The notes under the pieces were generated by a model. It did no database searches. It saw only the letters and a list, made by a program, of their open reading frames with translations, and was not told the origin of the DNA. Below, in pieces: positions 12,020-25,358 of a stretch of DNA of 64,000 nt. The translations under genes and the position numbers were made by a program. This DNA is from Mobula hypostoma (Eukaryota): contig NC_086101.1 in the NCBI RefSeq assembly GCF_963921235.1, positions 7,380,001 to 7,444,000 on the forward strand. The letters are read 5' to 3'. Numbering within the stretch: the first letter of the stretch is position 1; the number at the start of each line of letters is the position of its first letter.

Positions 12020-12700
12020 GTCATTCCTAAAATGATGTTTATCGCAACAATACTGCAAAGTGGTATTAATGACGGCAATCACCGTATTAATATGGCAGCG
12101 TGTTAATTGCGTTAAAATAGCAATAAAACAATATTAATATTACAAATGCAATATAGAATTAATATTGCAACACATTATTGATCGTAGTAATATTCCAACA
12201 TAGTATTGACCGTATTAAGATCGAAACAATTATTGACTTCTTTATTGATACAATGCAGTCTGGTAAAGTTGTAACATTAACTGCACTAATGTTGCGATAT
12301 AATAGCCATCGTATTATTGAAAATGTATTGTAGCAAAGTGCAATAACAAAATAATGTTAGTAAATAATGCATTAATAAGCACATTATATGTGGTTAACCT
12401 CTTTATGTTTAACTCAATTAAGAGAGTGAGGTTATTAACCTCTTTGGAAGGAAATATTAAGCATATTAATATTGCATCAAATTAAGCCCATTAATAAAAA
12501 TGCTCATTTTGTTTGTTGTATAGATAGTGTAGCAATAGTTTCATTATTATTGATATTTAAAAATATTAATTGTTTTCATTCCATGTATGTTAGCGATTGA
12601 TAGATGTTATTAAATTTAGAAATTTCGCAACACACTGAACAATTGTAATAGTGTTACTTCTTAATATCACAGCACCGTAGTATTAATGACCACAATGTAC
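12020..12700. repeat. AT-rich degenerate tandem/low-complexity sequence in intron 1
   Basis: Recurrent attaat/aatatt/ttgca/cgtatta motifs; composition differs sharply from the flanks. Confidence 0.55.
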
Positions 12701-12769
12701 ATTTTGACCAGAGCCAGTAGCTGGTGGACTGGGAACCCCTGGAAAGGGATTGATTTGGTGCTAGTGTGT

Positions 12770-13250
12770 AACATAAAACCATGAGACATAAGAGCAGAAT
12801 AAGGCCATTTGGGCCATCATGGCTGATTTACTATCCCTCTCAACCCCATTCTCCTACCTCCTCTCCATAACCTTTGATGGCCTCACTAATCAAGAGCATT
12901 TAAATATACCAATTAACATAGTCTCCACAGCTGTCTATGACAATGAATTCCACAGATTCACCTCTCTCTGTCTAAAGGAATTTCTCCCTATCTCTGTTCT
13001 AAAGGGATATCCTTCTATTCTGAGTCCGTGCCTTCTGGTTCTAGACTTCCCCACTATTGGAGACATCCTCCGCACATCCACTCTATCCATGTCTTTCAAT
13101 ATTTGATAGGTTTAACCAGGACGCCCTCCCCATTCTTCTAAACTCCAGGGAGTACAGGCCCAGAGCCATCAAGTGCTCCTCATACATTAACCCTTTCATC
13201 CCTGGGATCATTCTCGTGAACCTCTTCTGGACGCTCTCCTGTGCCAGCAC
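12770..13250 (-). mobile_element. CR1 3' fragment
   Basis: Typical CR1 3' UTR (ataagagcagaataaggccatt) and degenerate ORF2 end. Confidence 0.75.
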
Positions 13251-14674
13251 ATTGGGTATATTTAAGGTGAAGGTGGGTAATTGGGGGAAGGAGATGAAGG
13301 AAGAAGCTGGGAGGGGATAAGTGGAAAAGGTAAAGGGCTGAAGAAGAAGGAATCTGATAGGAGAGGGCCATGGAAGAAAGGGACACCAGCTTAATAATCA
13401 GAATCAGACTTCATACAGTACTGACACACAATACTGTGCATATGTGCATAGCTAGGGTGCCTACAAGTTTTGCTCAGGATTGAACTTTTCAATGTGGAGT
13501 GGAGAGCGAGTTTGTAAGTCTACTGGGAGCAAAGGGTGTTGGGAATGGTGAGAGCTGAGACCCCAGGCAGGGTGTGGGACAGGTGGCAGAGAAGGAGTCT
13601 GGTTTACTGATCATTACAGGATGTCTCCCTGGTGCTTCCCATTCCCTCCTCCTCTGTTCCCCTTTTCCCAACCACAATTCCCCTCTCCCTGCCCCATTCC
13701 TACTCTCAGTCCACAATCAGAATCAGGTTTATCATCACTCACATATGTCATGGGATTTGTTTTTTTTTGCAGCAGTACAGTGCAATACATAAAATTACTA
13801 CAGTGCTAGGCAAAAGTCTGAGGCGACCTAGCTATATAGATGTGCCTAAAGCTTTTGCACAGTACTGTATGTTATGAAATATGTTGGAGGGGATGACGGG
13901 AGGCAAGCAGGAGAGGAGGGGTAAGAGGGGAGTCAGAACTGGGAATGGAAAAAGAGAGAAGGAGGAGAATTTACTGGAAGTTAGAGCAATCAGCGCCCTT
14001 GGCTACTCCTCAAACTGGGAGGAGGCCATGTACAGGTATCTCTACGGCCATGTGAGGCCATGGTAATTTAGTTTATTCTGTTATATAAAAATAGATTTCA
14101 CACAGAGCTGCTAGTCATTACGAAAACATGCTGCAAACATCATTTATCAGCCCGGAATGTCTGCGGCAATGAAATTCAAGATATGGGAATGTCCAGCATC
14201 AGCCAAAGAGATCAGCGTTTTGCTGTGGGGATGGTGATGCAGAGGAAAACCAGGGCAGCGTGAGTCTGTTTATGTGAGAAACTGCCCTTCTCTGAGAGAG
14301 AGAGAGAGCCAGAAACCTGAGAGGCCAGCAAACAGGAACAGGAGTGTGGGTGGATAATTCAGACACAGGGTGTGGAATCAGAATCTGTAAGAGGCTTCAG
14401 TGCAGACTCACTTTCCAGGGTTCTGCAGCTCCTGTGCTCAGTATTATACTTTATGTGCATACATTGTCTTCTTCTGCACCTTGGTTGTTCAGCAGTCCTT
14501 ATTTTTGAATAATTTTTCTTTCAAAAATTCTGTTATTTTTCTGAGGATGCCTGAAAGAATGAATCTCAAGTTAGTGACATGTAACTACTTTGATAAAGAC
14601 ATGTACTTTGACTTGACTTTATTGTCACTGACATATCTTGTGAAACTTGTTTTGCAGCAGCAGTAGCGAGTAGC

Positions 14675-15270
14675 ACAGAAAAAAAGAGAGGAGAGAGGGA
14701 GAGATGCTTTGCAGTCCGAGACAGGCCGAGAGAGAGAGAGAAGAGGTAGAAGAGGGGAGGTGGAGAGAGAAGGAGTGGGTGGGAGAGAGAGAAGGAAACA
14801 GGGAGATAAAGAGAACAAGAAGGGGAGAGAGAGAGAAGAAGGGAGAAAGAGAAGGTGACAGAGAAGGAGAGAGAGTGGGGAGAGAGGGAGTGAGAAAGAG
14901 AGAGTGTGTGAGAGAGAAGGAGATAGAGAGCAGGAAAGGAAGAGGGAGAAGGAAAGAGAAGGAGAGAGTGTAGAAGAGACAGAGGGGAGAGAGATAGAGA
15001 AAAAGAGATGGAGAAGGAGAGAGGGAGAAAAAGAGAGAGAGGAAGAGAGAAGAGAGAGAAGGGGAGAGAAACAGATCGGTGCATTGCAGAGAGAGAGAGT
15101 GGGGGATGGTCATACTGCAGAGGGACTTTATCTATAGCAAGAATGAAAAGGAGATACTGCAAAGAAAGGCAAAGGCACTGTGGAGTGTCAGAGAGAGTCC
15201 GGGGAACGAGGGCAATGGGAGCTGGATAGAAATATACTGTGCAAGGAGGAGGAGGGGACAGCGGGATAGG
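14675..15270. repeat. GA-rich purine tract / degenerate (GA)n
   Basis: Direct reading; gives spurious SL-rich and ER-rich ORFs. Confidence 0.9.
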
Positions 15271-17696
15271 TAAATTTAGTTAGAGAGGCAGATGCCAGAT
15301 TTATCTATCATGTGTACATGGAAACTTTGTCGCCATGGTAGCTTAGTGGTTAGCGTGACGCTATTACAGCTTGGAGCATCTCTCCTTCCAGATGATCCTC
15401 AAAATCTTTCGTAAGGGTCTTTGGAGGTATCATTGCAGGGTTTTCATGTGCCGACTGTCAGGTCCATGATTCAGCTGCATTCAGTAATGTAGGAAGGATG
15501 ACGGCTCCACAGACCAAAAGTTTTGTTTGAGCCTGTAAGTCACGGTCTTCAGAGAATCCTGTCCTTAATCTTCTCTAGTCTCCACCAGCACTGCTTATGT
15601 GGTGGTAGATCTCTGAGTCAATGTCTGCTTTTGAGGAGGGAATGCTGCAATGTTGGGGAAAGTGGTCTACATTTTCCAGGGTGATATCGTCAACATTTAT
15701 GGAGGGCTGGATAAATGGCTGGTTGGGCAGTGGCTGACATAGGACCTATGTCTTTCTTTATATTCAAAACAAGACCCAGAGCCCTATATGCCTTGGCAAA
15801 AGTATTCAGAATATATTGGAGGTCTTCTTCAAAGAGCACTGCAAATGTTTTATCATTCACACATCGAAGCGGTACTTCTTCTTGGTCTTGAACCAGTTGA
15901 GGACGAAAAGCCTGTTGTCCATTCTAGACATGATTGGGATTCCCTGAGGCATGTCTTGGCCAACGAGGTGAAGGATGGAGCAATAAAGATGGCAAATAGG
16001 GTGGGTGCCATGAGGCAGCCCTGTTTGACTCCTGTCTTGACAGTGAAGGGTTCTGATTCTCATGGTAGCATGGACTTCTTTCCAACTGGAAGGTTTTCTC
16101 AAATCTCTGGATTTGGTGAGTAATATCTGGTTAAGAAGTTCTTGTAAGTGCTCTCTCTATCCATCATTGACATCCTTCCAATCCTTTAACATGTTCTTCC
16201 CATCCTTTGAGCAAGGGGGATATAATCCAAATTAACTTGGACCATAGACTTCTTTGGTGGCACTGAAGAAGCTTCTCATGTTACCAGAGTCTGAGATTCT
16301 GGATTTCCAGGCTTTCACAGTCTACCAAGAATTCTTTAACTTCCTGTACCCTGCACTAGACATTTACCTTGCATATGGAGTAAACTTCTCTTTTGGCCTT
16401 GCTGTTGTCATTATTCTGGCAGGCGGAAAAGGCTTTTCTTGGAGACAAGTCTTTCACTCTTAATGTCATTATCATCAAACTAATCCTGATGTTTTCTGTA
16501 CTTGTACCCAAGGATGCTTTGGCAGGTATTGATGATGATGCATTTAAGCAGACCCCAGTGTTCTTCAATATCCTCCAATGTTCCTGTTGGTGGTTTTCTC
16601 CAAAAAAAGCATGAAGTTGCTGTTGGGTGGCAGTGTCTAGCAAGCTCCCAAGTTTTAGACTTGGTCTGGTCTGCCTCTTATGAACCCTTCTCTTTTTCAT
16701 GTGATAGACATGGTGGAACAGATCAGGTGATGATCTGTCCAGCAGTCATCAGGAGGACTCCTACAGCTCTCGCTGCCTGAGGAAAGCCACAAGCATCTGT
16801 AAGGACAGTACACACCCATGCAGTCATCTGTTTGAACTTCTTGCATCTGGTAGACGTTATAAGATTTTCTATGCCCGCACTTCCAGACTGAAAAATAGCT
16901 TTTTCCCCAGAGCTATAATTACTCTGAACCAATCGATCAAGCATCATCCATAAATTGTTATATTGCTACTTTAATACTGGTTTTATGGCTGTCATGCATC
17001 TGAGTTGTGCTTTTGTACTGCTGGACATTGCTTGTACTGGCTGGTTACTTGATTTTATTTATTGTTTATTTACTTTATTTGTTGTTTTATAGCATTGAGT
17101 ACGAGAGTTGCAAACTCATTTTCGCTGTATTGGTGCATGACAAATTGTACTATGCAATGACAATAAAGATATTTCATTTCATTTCAATCGTGGCCCTTAT
17201 ATTATTTAAATAATGATGGTCCTTAGCTGGGACAGTGAAATAGTCAATGAGATGCTACTGTCTAGTCTGGGGATGTTGCCAGGATGGCCTGAATTTATTC
17301 TTCTGGTGGAAGGGACTGTTCATAATGATAAGATTGTGCTCAGCACACATGGTGAGAGTATGAGTTGATGTTACCAATGCCTTCCTTTTCCTATGGCAAC
17401 TCTTCCATCGGTTGAAGTTCTGACTGACCCTGGCATTGGTCCCTTAAAAGAATTATCTTAACCTCATTGGGGATGCTTGATAGTGTCACATCTAGGCAAC
17501 TGTAGAAGGCCTCTTTTTCATACACACAAGTCCAGAGTTGGGGCACAAGCACTCACAATGTTTGCCATCTAGTTCTTGGTAAGCACGAAACATTGTCGTA
17601 AACAACAGGAATTCTGCAGATGCTGGAAATTCAAGCAACTTACATCAAAGTTGCTGGTGAACGCAGCAGGCCAAGCAGCATCTATAGGAAGAGGTG

Positions 17697-17733
17697 CAGT
17701 CGACGTTTCAGGCCGAGACCCTTCGTCAGGACT
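17697..17733 (-). ncRNA. Minimal type I hammerhead ribozyme motif
   Basis: Minus strand AGUC-CUGACGA-A-GGGUCUCGGCCU-GAAAC-GUC-GACUG. Confidence 0.75.
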
Positions 17734-17767
17734 CCTGATGAAGGGTCTCGGCCTGAAACGTCGACTG
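17731..17767 (+). ncRNA. Minimal type I hammerhead ribozyme motif (shortened stem I)
   Basis: ACUC-CUGAUGA(17735-17741)-A-GGGUCUCGGCCU-GAAAC-GUC^GACUG; only about 2 bp of stem I survive the fold-back junction. Confidence 0.62.
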
Positions 17768-19164
17768 CACCTCTTCCTATAGATGCTGCTTGGCCTGCTG
17801 CGTTCACCAGCAACTTTGATGTATGTTGGTTAAACATTGTCGTAAGATGCTCACTGATCTCCCATGGCAAGCTCACGACAAGCTGGTTCTGGATTGGAAA
17901 TCTAACACCATGGATCCTGAGTCTTCAGCTGTCTTTCCTTTCCAGAAGAATCTGTAACCATCCTTCTCCCCCTTCAGTTGCCCTTCATCTGCCAGACAAA
18001 TTTCAGAAAGGGTAGCTAGGTCAATGTGGCATAAGAGTTTGACCATAAGACATGGGAGCAGAATTAGTCCATTTGGCCCTTCGAGTCTGCTCCAACATTT
18101 TATCATGGCTGATCAAGTTTCCCTCTCAGCCCCAGTCTCCTGCCTTCTTCCAATATCCCTTCATGCCCTGACCAATTGACAATCTATCAACCTCTGCCTT
18201 AAGTATACCCAATGACTTGGACTCCACAGCTGCCTGTGGGAATGAATTTCACAGGTTCGCCATTCTTTGGCTCAAGAAATTCCTCCTCATACTCATTCTA
18301 AAAGGATGCCCCTTTATTCCGAGACTGTGTCCTCTGTTCTAAAGCTCCCCCACCATTGGAAACATCCTCTCCTCATCCACTCTTACCGAGGCCTTCTAAG
18401 ATTTGATAGGTTTCAATGAGGACATTCCCTTATTCTTCTGAATTCCAGTGAGTACAGGCTCAGAGTTGTCAAACACTCTTCATGTGATAAGCATCTCATA
18501 GCTCTCTGGCAATTTTTAGAGTTTCCTCTCTGGTCGAACACTGGTTAAACTAACTATCAGAGTGTGCAGTTTCCAGGCCAGAAAAGTCATGTTTCTTTAT
18601 TTTTTGACCATGGGTGGTGATCTGTCTGGACACAATAATCCAAATGGGAGCTTTGGAATCAGGTTATTTTTAAGGCACCATTTCCTGAGTGGGCTGAGCA
18701 GAGTGGATCCTACATAAGACTGCCCAGTTGTGGGTGCAGCTGCTGAGGCCTCTTTCTATCTCAGTCCAAGAGTGCAGGGACTGAATCAAACACCCACTGG
18801 CAACGTAACAGCTCATGTCTAGGTGCTTCTAGAACAGTTGGTGTTTCCCATTCCGGCATGCTGGTCCGTGTCCTCTGCTATTGCCGTGATGTGGTATCTG
18901 GGTAGCCTCCAACCTTCCCGAGCCCAGCATGTAAGCACCGTTATGAAGAAAGCACTGCAGTGCCTCTAACTTCTTAGAAGTTTATGAAGATTTGCATGTC
19001 ACCTAAAAATGACGAATTTGTATCGATATGTGGTGGAGTGTATATAGACTGGTATGGAAATACCAATGCTCTTGAATGGAAAAACCTACAAAATGTAGGG
19101 AATATGGCCCAGTCCATTATGGGTAAAGCCCTCCCCACCATTCAGTACATCTACACGAATTGTT

Positions 19165-19526
19165 GCTGTTGGTGTATAAGATAATGAGAAGCATTGGTCG
19201 TGTGGATAGTCAGAGGCTTTTTCCCAGGGCTGAAGTGGCTAGCATGAGAGGGCACAGTTTTAAGGTGCCTGGGAGTAGGTACAGAGGAGATGTCAGGGGT
19301 AAGTTTTTTACGCAGAGAGTGGTGAGTGTGTGGAATGGGCTGCCGGCGGTGGTGGTGGAGGCGGAAACGATAGGGTCTTTTAAGAGACTGCTGGATGGCT
19401 ACATGGAGCTTAGAAAAATAGAGGGCTATGGGTAAAGCCTAGGTAGTTCTAAGGTAGGGACATGTTTGGCACTGCTTTGTGGGCCGAAGGGCCTGTATTG
19501 TGATGTATGTTTTCTATGTTTCTATG
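19165..19526 (+). mobile_element. CR1 3' fragment nested in a Rex-like remnant (about 18915-19960)
   Basis: ORF 19160-19435 VYKIMR...FFTQRVV..WN.LP; tail atgtttct repeats. Confidence 0.85.
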
Positions 19527-21950
19527 AAAGCAGCATCCATCATCAGGGACCCCCACTAAGTTCATTGTCTATTCTCGCTGCTGCCATCAACAGCTTCAGG
19601 ACTCGCCCCACCAGGTTCAGGAAAAGTTATTGCCCCACAACCTGTTGAATTAGAGGAAATAACTTCACTTGCCCACAACCTGTGGACTCACTTTCAATGT
19701 CTATTCTTCTCATGTTCTCACTATTTATTGCTTATAATATTTATTATTATTTCTTCAGTGCAGTGTATTTGCACAGTTTGTTGTCTATTGTACATTGATA
19801 CTTTGTCTGTTATTCTGGGGCTGGGGCAGTCCTTACTTAATTTTATTTTGTTCCTTGCATTTACTGTGAACGCCTTCAAGAAAATGAATCTCATGGTTGC
19901 ATACTGTGACATCTATGTACCTTGTTAATAAATTTACTATGAATTTTGAACTTTGAACCTTAAAACAAGAACATTAATTCCTCCCAATTTCAGTAATTTC
20001 TCCCCCACCCCTTCTCCCTTTCTCCAATTCCCTTTCTTGTTCTCTTCTCACCCCTTCTTTTCTCTTCACCCGCCCATCGACCCCTCTCCTCCTTCCCTTT
20101 GTCCCAAGCTCCACTCTCATCTCTTATTAGAATCCTTCTCCTTCAGCCCATTTTCTTATTCTTCTTTCTTCCACCTTCCGTTCCAGTCTTGATGAAGGGT
20201 CTCAGTCCCAAACGCCAGCTGTTTATTCCTCTCCTGCCATGCTGAGTTCCCACTGCATTTTGTGTGCGTGGCTCTGGATTTCCAGCATCTGCTGAATCTC
20301 TTTGCCCTTTGGTCATGGTGTGAGCAGTGCCTGATGTGATCGGAGTCTTGCCAACAAGGTGATAATTGATTGGAGGATGTCCCCCTTGGAGAGGGACAGC
20401 GGAAACCAGCTGGCTGAGCCATTATCCATTTACCTCTTTGTTGGATTCTCAGATACACAGTCAATGAACCAGGAACTTCTGAGTGTAGAACGATTTTTTA
20501 AAATGCTAACTCTTACTGATCGTTCAACAGAAACCTATATTTCCATTGTCTGTACTGTTGTTTTTTTTTTCTCCCTCTATTTGAAATCAGCCTGAGATAA
20601 GATAAAGATTGGCTTCATTTGTCACGTGTATATTGAAACAAACAGTGAAATGTGCTGTGTGCAAAAACGGCCAACCAAGTCCAAGGGTGTGCTGTAGGGT
20701 AGCCCATAAATGTCGCCACACTTAGGGCACCAACGTAGCATGCCCACACTTACCCATGCATTTCTCAAATTTGGGAGGAAACCAAATCACTTGGAGGAAA
20801 CCCATGAAGTCACGGGGAGAACCTACAAACTCCTTACAGATAGTGGCAGGAGTTGAACCTTGATTGCTGTTGATGTAAAGCATTACGCTAGCCGCTAATG
20901 CTACAGTGCTAGCATTAGTGTAGAAGATAATTACTTTAGTTATCATTCGACCCTACGTAACCCTCTCACCGTGGCTCATAAAAAAATTAGGCTTGTTAGC
21001 TATCCCTGGTTAAAAGCCAAGTGACTCAGTGATACTCGGGTACAGTGAGATGGCCATCTCCAATGAACAACACATGTCCAGGGTCGGTATGATTCAGGTT
21101 CAAACAAAATAAAGTTATGGTGAATGCTATATAAATACTGCCCAGTGCAAAATTACTTTTCACCAGGAAATAATGGAACTTACACCAGCATAAACTTAAA
21201 GTGGCAGTTATATTTACAGATATTTCAACTTTAACAAACAATTTACAGAAAAAGGGCCCATTACAGTTCAACCAATCTGTAATGTGCACATAAACATTGG
21301 AGCTCATTGCTAGTAGTCGGGTGCTTTGCTTTAATTACTTACAGCACTGAACGCACATTCTGCGTAACAGCCACCAGCCACAGTTCAAACTTCCCTCCAA
21401 GTCTGTTATGAATGAACTGGCTAACTCAGCCATTGACACTTCATCCATGGAACCATTCATCTGCACCAAGCACTTCTTCCAATGATGTCTCTCCTTCAGA
21501 CAGGGTTCTGCGAGTGCCTTCCATTTTCTCTGCCCCGCACCCGACTTCTCCCCCAACTCCTGCAAAAAGACCTCTACCCAAAACCCACGTCCTCCTAGAA
21601 GTTGGATGTCGCCAATCTCTCTCGAATATTCCATGGCAACCCACTGGACAGCACGTTATCAAGGTAAACCTGATTGACTGACACAACATTCTTAAGCTGA
21701 TTAAATGACTCCTTATCTTAATAGAAACCAAAATACTGGCAGTAACACACTGCGTTTTACAGAAAAGCTGTAGAAAATAAAATACCCAACAGCCTGATTC
21801 TGATACTGAGCATAGCTGTAGAAATACAATAAGGCATGATCTTAACCAGGGTATTACACATACATGAATACACCCAAACAAAACAGCATTCCTCCAGGAC
21901 CAAGCTGCAGAACACATTACCAACAGCACACAACACACTGCACATAGCAC

Positions 21951-22931
21951 TGTCATATACCCCGTGATGGGTTAAAGAACCAGCAGAGATGGAGAACACC
22001 TTGGAGTCCAGTATTGCTATTAACTAATAATATTTATTAGTAACTACGCAATACAGTAATATAAATGTAGATAAATCAAACAGGTTAGCAATGATTATAT
22101 ATAAGTAAGTAAATCAGTAAGTGTGGAAATATATATGAAAAACCAAGCTTCTTCAAGTCTAGGGGTAAAAAGGTACAGTCTTACGATAATGAGTAAAGTT
22201 CAGTTCAGTTCGTGGTTTTGAGTTGAGTAGTGATGGAGAGACAGAGAGGGAGAGATTTGAGTCTTCAGGTGAGCTGACGCTGTCGATCTTCTCGTTGTCC
22301 TCCGAAGTCCTTTAAAAGTCACTGACTGTGACTTCAACAAAGGGGACCATTTTTCCGTGGTGGAATCATCAACCCAGGCAAGGGTGGACACATGGACAGC
22401 TCCCCACTGGTCAATCCCTTTTCACATTGCAAGAGCCACTGATCGATCTGCCTGATCGATCCTCCAAAAACCCACTTTTTCTGTGGGCACAACAAAGCTC
22501 ATTCAGTGTCCAAAAACATGTGCCTGAGGACTATCAGCTGACCTCCTATTTATCTCACCGTACTGAGTACCGGCTGTCATTCAAGTAACTCCTTCCATCT
22601 CTGTCTGTGTAAGAAATGTGCAAGCAGGCAATGTCCTTGGGAAGTATAAACACGTTCCAGAGAAACTATAACGTTGATTGTCCGTCAAATAACACCGCCC
22701 TCGGTCACCATAGCGACTTACGAGCTGCTTGGTGCCCTTTCTCTCCAACTCAGCAGAAATCCAAAAGTTATTCTCAGTTCCTCCTCGTGCCTTAAAGTGA
22801 CAGTCCAAAAGTTAGTCTTCGTCTCTCTCTCTCTCTCTCTCTCTCTCCTTTCAAAATAAGATGTCAGTGTCAAATAACTTTCTCTCTTTTCAAAAGCACA
22901 GTTCATAGGGGTAATTCAGGACGCTGTCACA
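21951..22931 (-). mobile_element. Solo LTR (981 bp; Gypsy/ERV-like)
   Basis: Starts TGTCATA and ends TGTCACA (TG...CA), flanked by 4-bp direct repeat gcac (21947-21950, 22932-22935); minus-strand AATAAA near 22035; no coding capacity. Confidence 0.65.
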
Positions 22932-25239
22932 GCACAAATAACACATATGGTTACTATTTCAGAAAAACATGCAATCACAAAGGAAAAAAATAATATAGCT
23001 CAAATCACTGAGTGGCATGACTGAAGAATTGATGCTAAGTTATCCTGGTCCAGCTTGATCTTCTACTGAACATGCACAGGAGGGCCAGCCCCCAATACCA
23101 GTACAGATTCCAGTGCACCCCACTGAGACTACTCTACACCAACTCAGCGGCTCCTTTTCTGGTCCGCTGTGGCAGGTGACTCCCTGGTCTTGGCCCATTC
23201 CTTGCCCCAACCGAGGCAACACAGCTCTCCCATCGTTTGTCTTGCCAATGAACCAGTGAGAAGGACTTGCAGTACTTTATGTTACCAATGTACAACAGAG
23301 TATTGGGATTACAATAAAAACGTGCGAGGCAATCACTCACAGCGAACACTGTCTCGGCACAACAGCATACGATAAGTCCAGGTGGCAACACAACAACGTC
23401 CAGCACCATCACTCTCAAACAACTCGCTGTTGTTCTTGAGGAACTGCCTTTTGAAGATGTCCTTGACTGTGGGCAGGGTTAGGATCCAATCAGTTGTGCT
23501 GCTTTCTCCAGTCCTCCTTGATGTGTCATTCACCCTGACCCTCAGTTCGGGAACAGCTACATTCCTTGTTGACTCAACCGTGGAGCAAAAGGTTGGGTGG
23601 CTCGGAAATACAAACCCTTCCATGGGTTCCTAACTTGTGGTCAACAATGAACAGATATTGCAGCCAGAGATGATTTGCTCAGTGAGGAGGACATCACTGA
23701 CAGAATGGCTGCTCAGGACTGAGTATGCTTCAGTTCAAGTTCAGTTGTCATTCCACCATGCATGAATACCCAGAATAGAGCGAAACAAAATAGTGTTACT
23801 CCTTGGACAAGGTGAAAACACAATACCAACAGTCATACACAGCAGAAGGCACATGTAGCACATATAAGGTCGCAGTAAAATACAGCCACACACAAAAAAA
23901 TGTCCAAGTCCCTGAGTCTATGTATGTTGCAGCAGTCTGCAGTCAAACACAATACAGCTTGTCTTCTGCCAGTGAACAGTGTGAGGCCGCACCGACTCCA
24001 GTGTGGACGCTGTACCACACTGCCTCCAGTACTGCGGTGGAGCACGCTGACTCTGACGCCTCTCGCCTGAACGGCTGCAAACAGGCAACAAAGCGGCTTG
24101 AGGCCTCGTCATCTCTACCACTGACACCGTGCAGCTCCCCTGCCAATTAACCAGAGAATCGGACCACCAGCATTCTTCATTACCAATGTCCGACAGGGTC
24201 TTGCGATCACAAGAAAAACTACTAAATGCAATCACTTGCTGTTAGACTGCACATCGCATTCGCACACCAACTCCTCCGATGCCTCTCTGTCGCCGAGAGC
24301 AGTACGATCCACACGAAGTCCAGCTCCATGAGTTTCTGTGCCCATTGTACTTACAAACAGGAGCAGGCAACTCAGCTCCTTGACCCTACTCCCACGTGGA
24401 TGATCCACTTGTATCTGAACTCTACATCCCACCTGCTCTCATTAACTGTTCACTCGCTCCCTTAACAAGTAGAATGTGAGTTGTGTTCATTCTCACTGAC
24501 ATATGTCATGAAATTTGTTGTTTTAAAACAGTGGACAGTGCAATGCATAAAAATGACTATAAATTACTATTACGATAAGAATATATAATATATTTATATT
24601 AAATCATCATCATTATGTGCTGTGTCGTATGACATGGGCGATCATGATCACCCTTGACAAATGTTTCTACCATTACCTTCTTCTGGGCAGTGTCTTTACA
24701 AGTCAGGTGATCCCAGCCATTATCAATACTCTTCAGATTGTCTGCCCGGTGTCAGCGGTCGCATAACCAGGGTTTGTGATGTGGACCGACTGCCCTTGCG
24801 ACCATCCACCACCTGCTCCCATGACTTCACGTGGGGCTAAGCAGCTGGTGCCACTCTAACTTGCAGGTTTGGGGAGAGAAGGAGCACCTTACACCTCCTT
24901 TGCTAGAGACGTATCTCCGCCCTGTCGCCCAATAAATATCAATAAATAGTAAAAAAGAGAGAAAGCACAAGATTCTGCTGATGTTGTTAATCTTGAGCGG
25001 CAAATACAAAAAGCTGGAAGAACTCAGCATCTACGGAGAGGAATGCTTTCAGCAGGGATTCCCAGCCTGTGGTCTATGGACCCCTCAGTTAATGGTATTG
25101 GTCCAGGGCTTAAAAGCTTGTCAATCCCTGCTTTAGTGCAATATGGATCAAAAGCAGACAAATAGAACTCTCTCAGGTAGGTAACTTGCTCAGCAAAGGT
25201 GGACTGGGCAAGAGGGCCTGAGTTGCTTTACGACTCTGT

Positions 25240-25330
25240 ATCTCTTTATCAAAGTTCTCTTTATACAAAGTATCTCTTTATCAAAGTTCAAAGTTCTCTT
25301 TATATAAAGTATCTCTTTACCAAAGTTCGG
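25240..25330. repeat. Short tandem array of (ta)tctctttat(c/a)aaag units
   Basis: About five 15-17-bp units, each with a ctttN(2-4)aaag mini-hairpin. Confidence 0.8.
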
Positions 25331-25358
25331 AGTAAATTGACTGTCAAACATCTGATGT

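Larger units (their letters stand above)
17602..17831. mobile_element. Palindromic Penelope-derived mini-element with two back-to-back hammerhead motifs, 14-bp TSD
   Basis: Arms 17636-17731 and 17733-17828 are reverse complements (one T-T mismatch, one G-T pair); TSD aaacattgtcgtaa at 17588-17601 and 17832-17845. Confidence 0.88.
15385..18900 (-). mobile_element. Decayed RTE-clade LINE interrupted by younger insertions
   Basis: Minus strand near 16000-16060 reads SEPFTVKTGVKQGCLMAPTLFAIFIA (RTE-type RT); endonuclease-like EGQLKGEKDGYRFFWKG near 17930-18000; interrupted at about 16845-17190, 17602-17831 and 18043-18495. Confidence 0.7.

Noticed and set aside
14566..15273. ORFs up to 198 aa rich in S/L or E/R
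   Set aside because: Stop-poor GA-rich low-complexity DNA.
21412..21681. 89-aa proline-rich ORF as an internal PRRT1 exon
   Set aside because: In that frame the 21664 donor is phase 0, incompatible with the phase-1 acceptor of exon 2; only the 21606/21633 frame fits.
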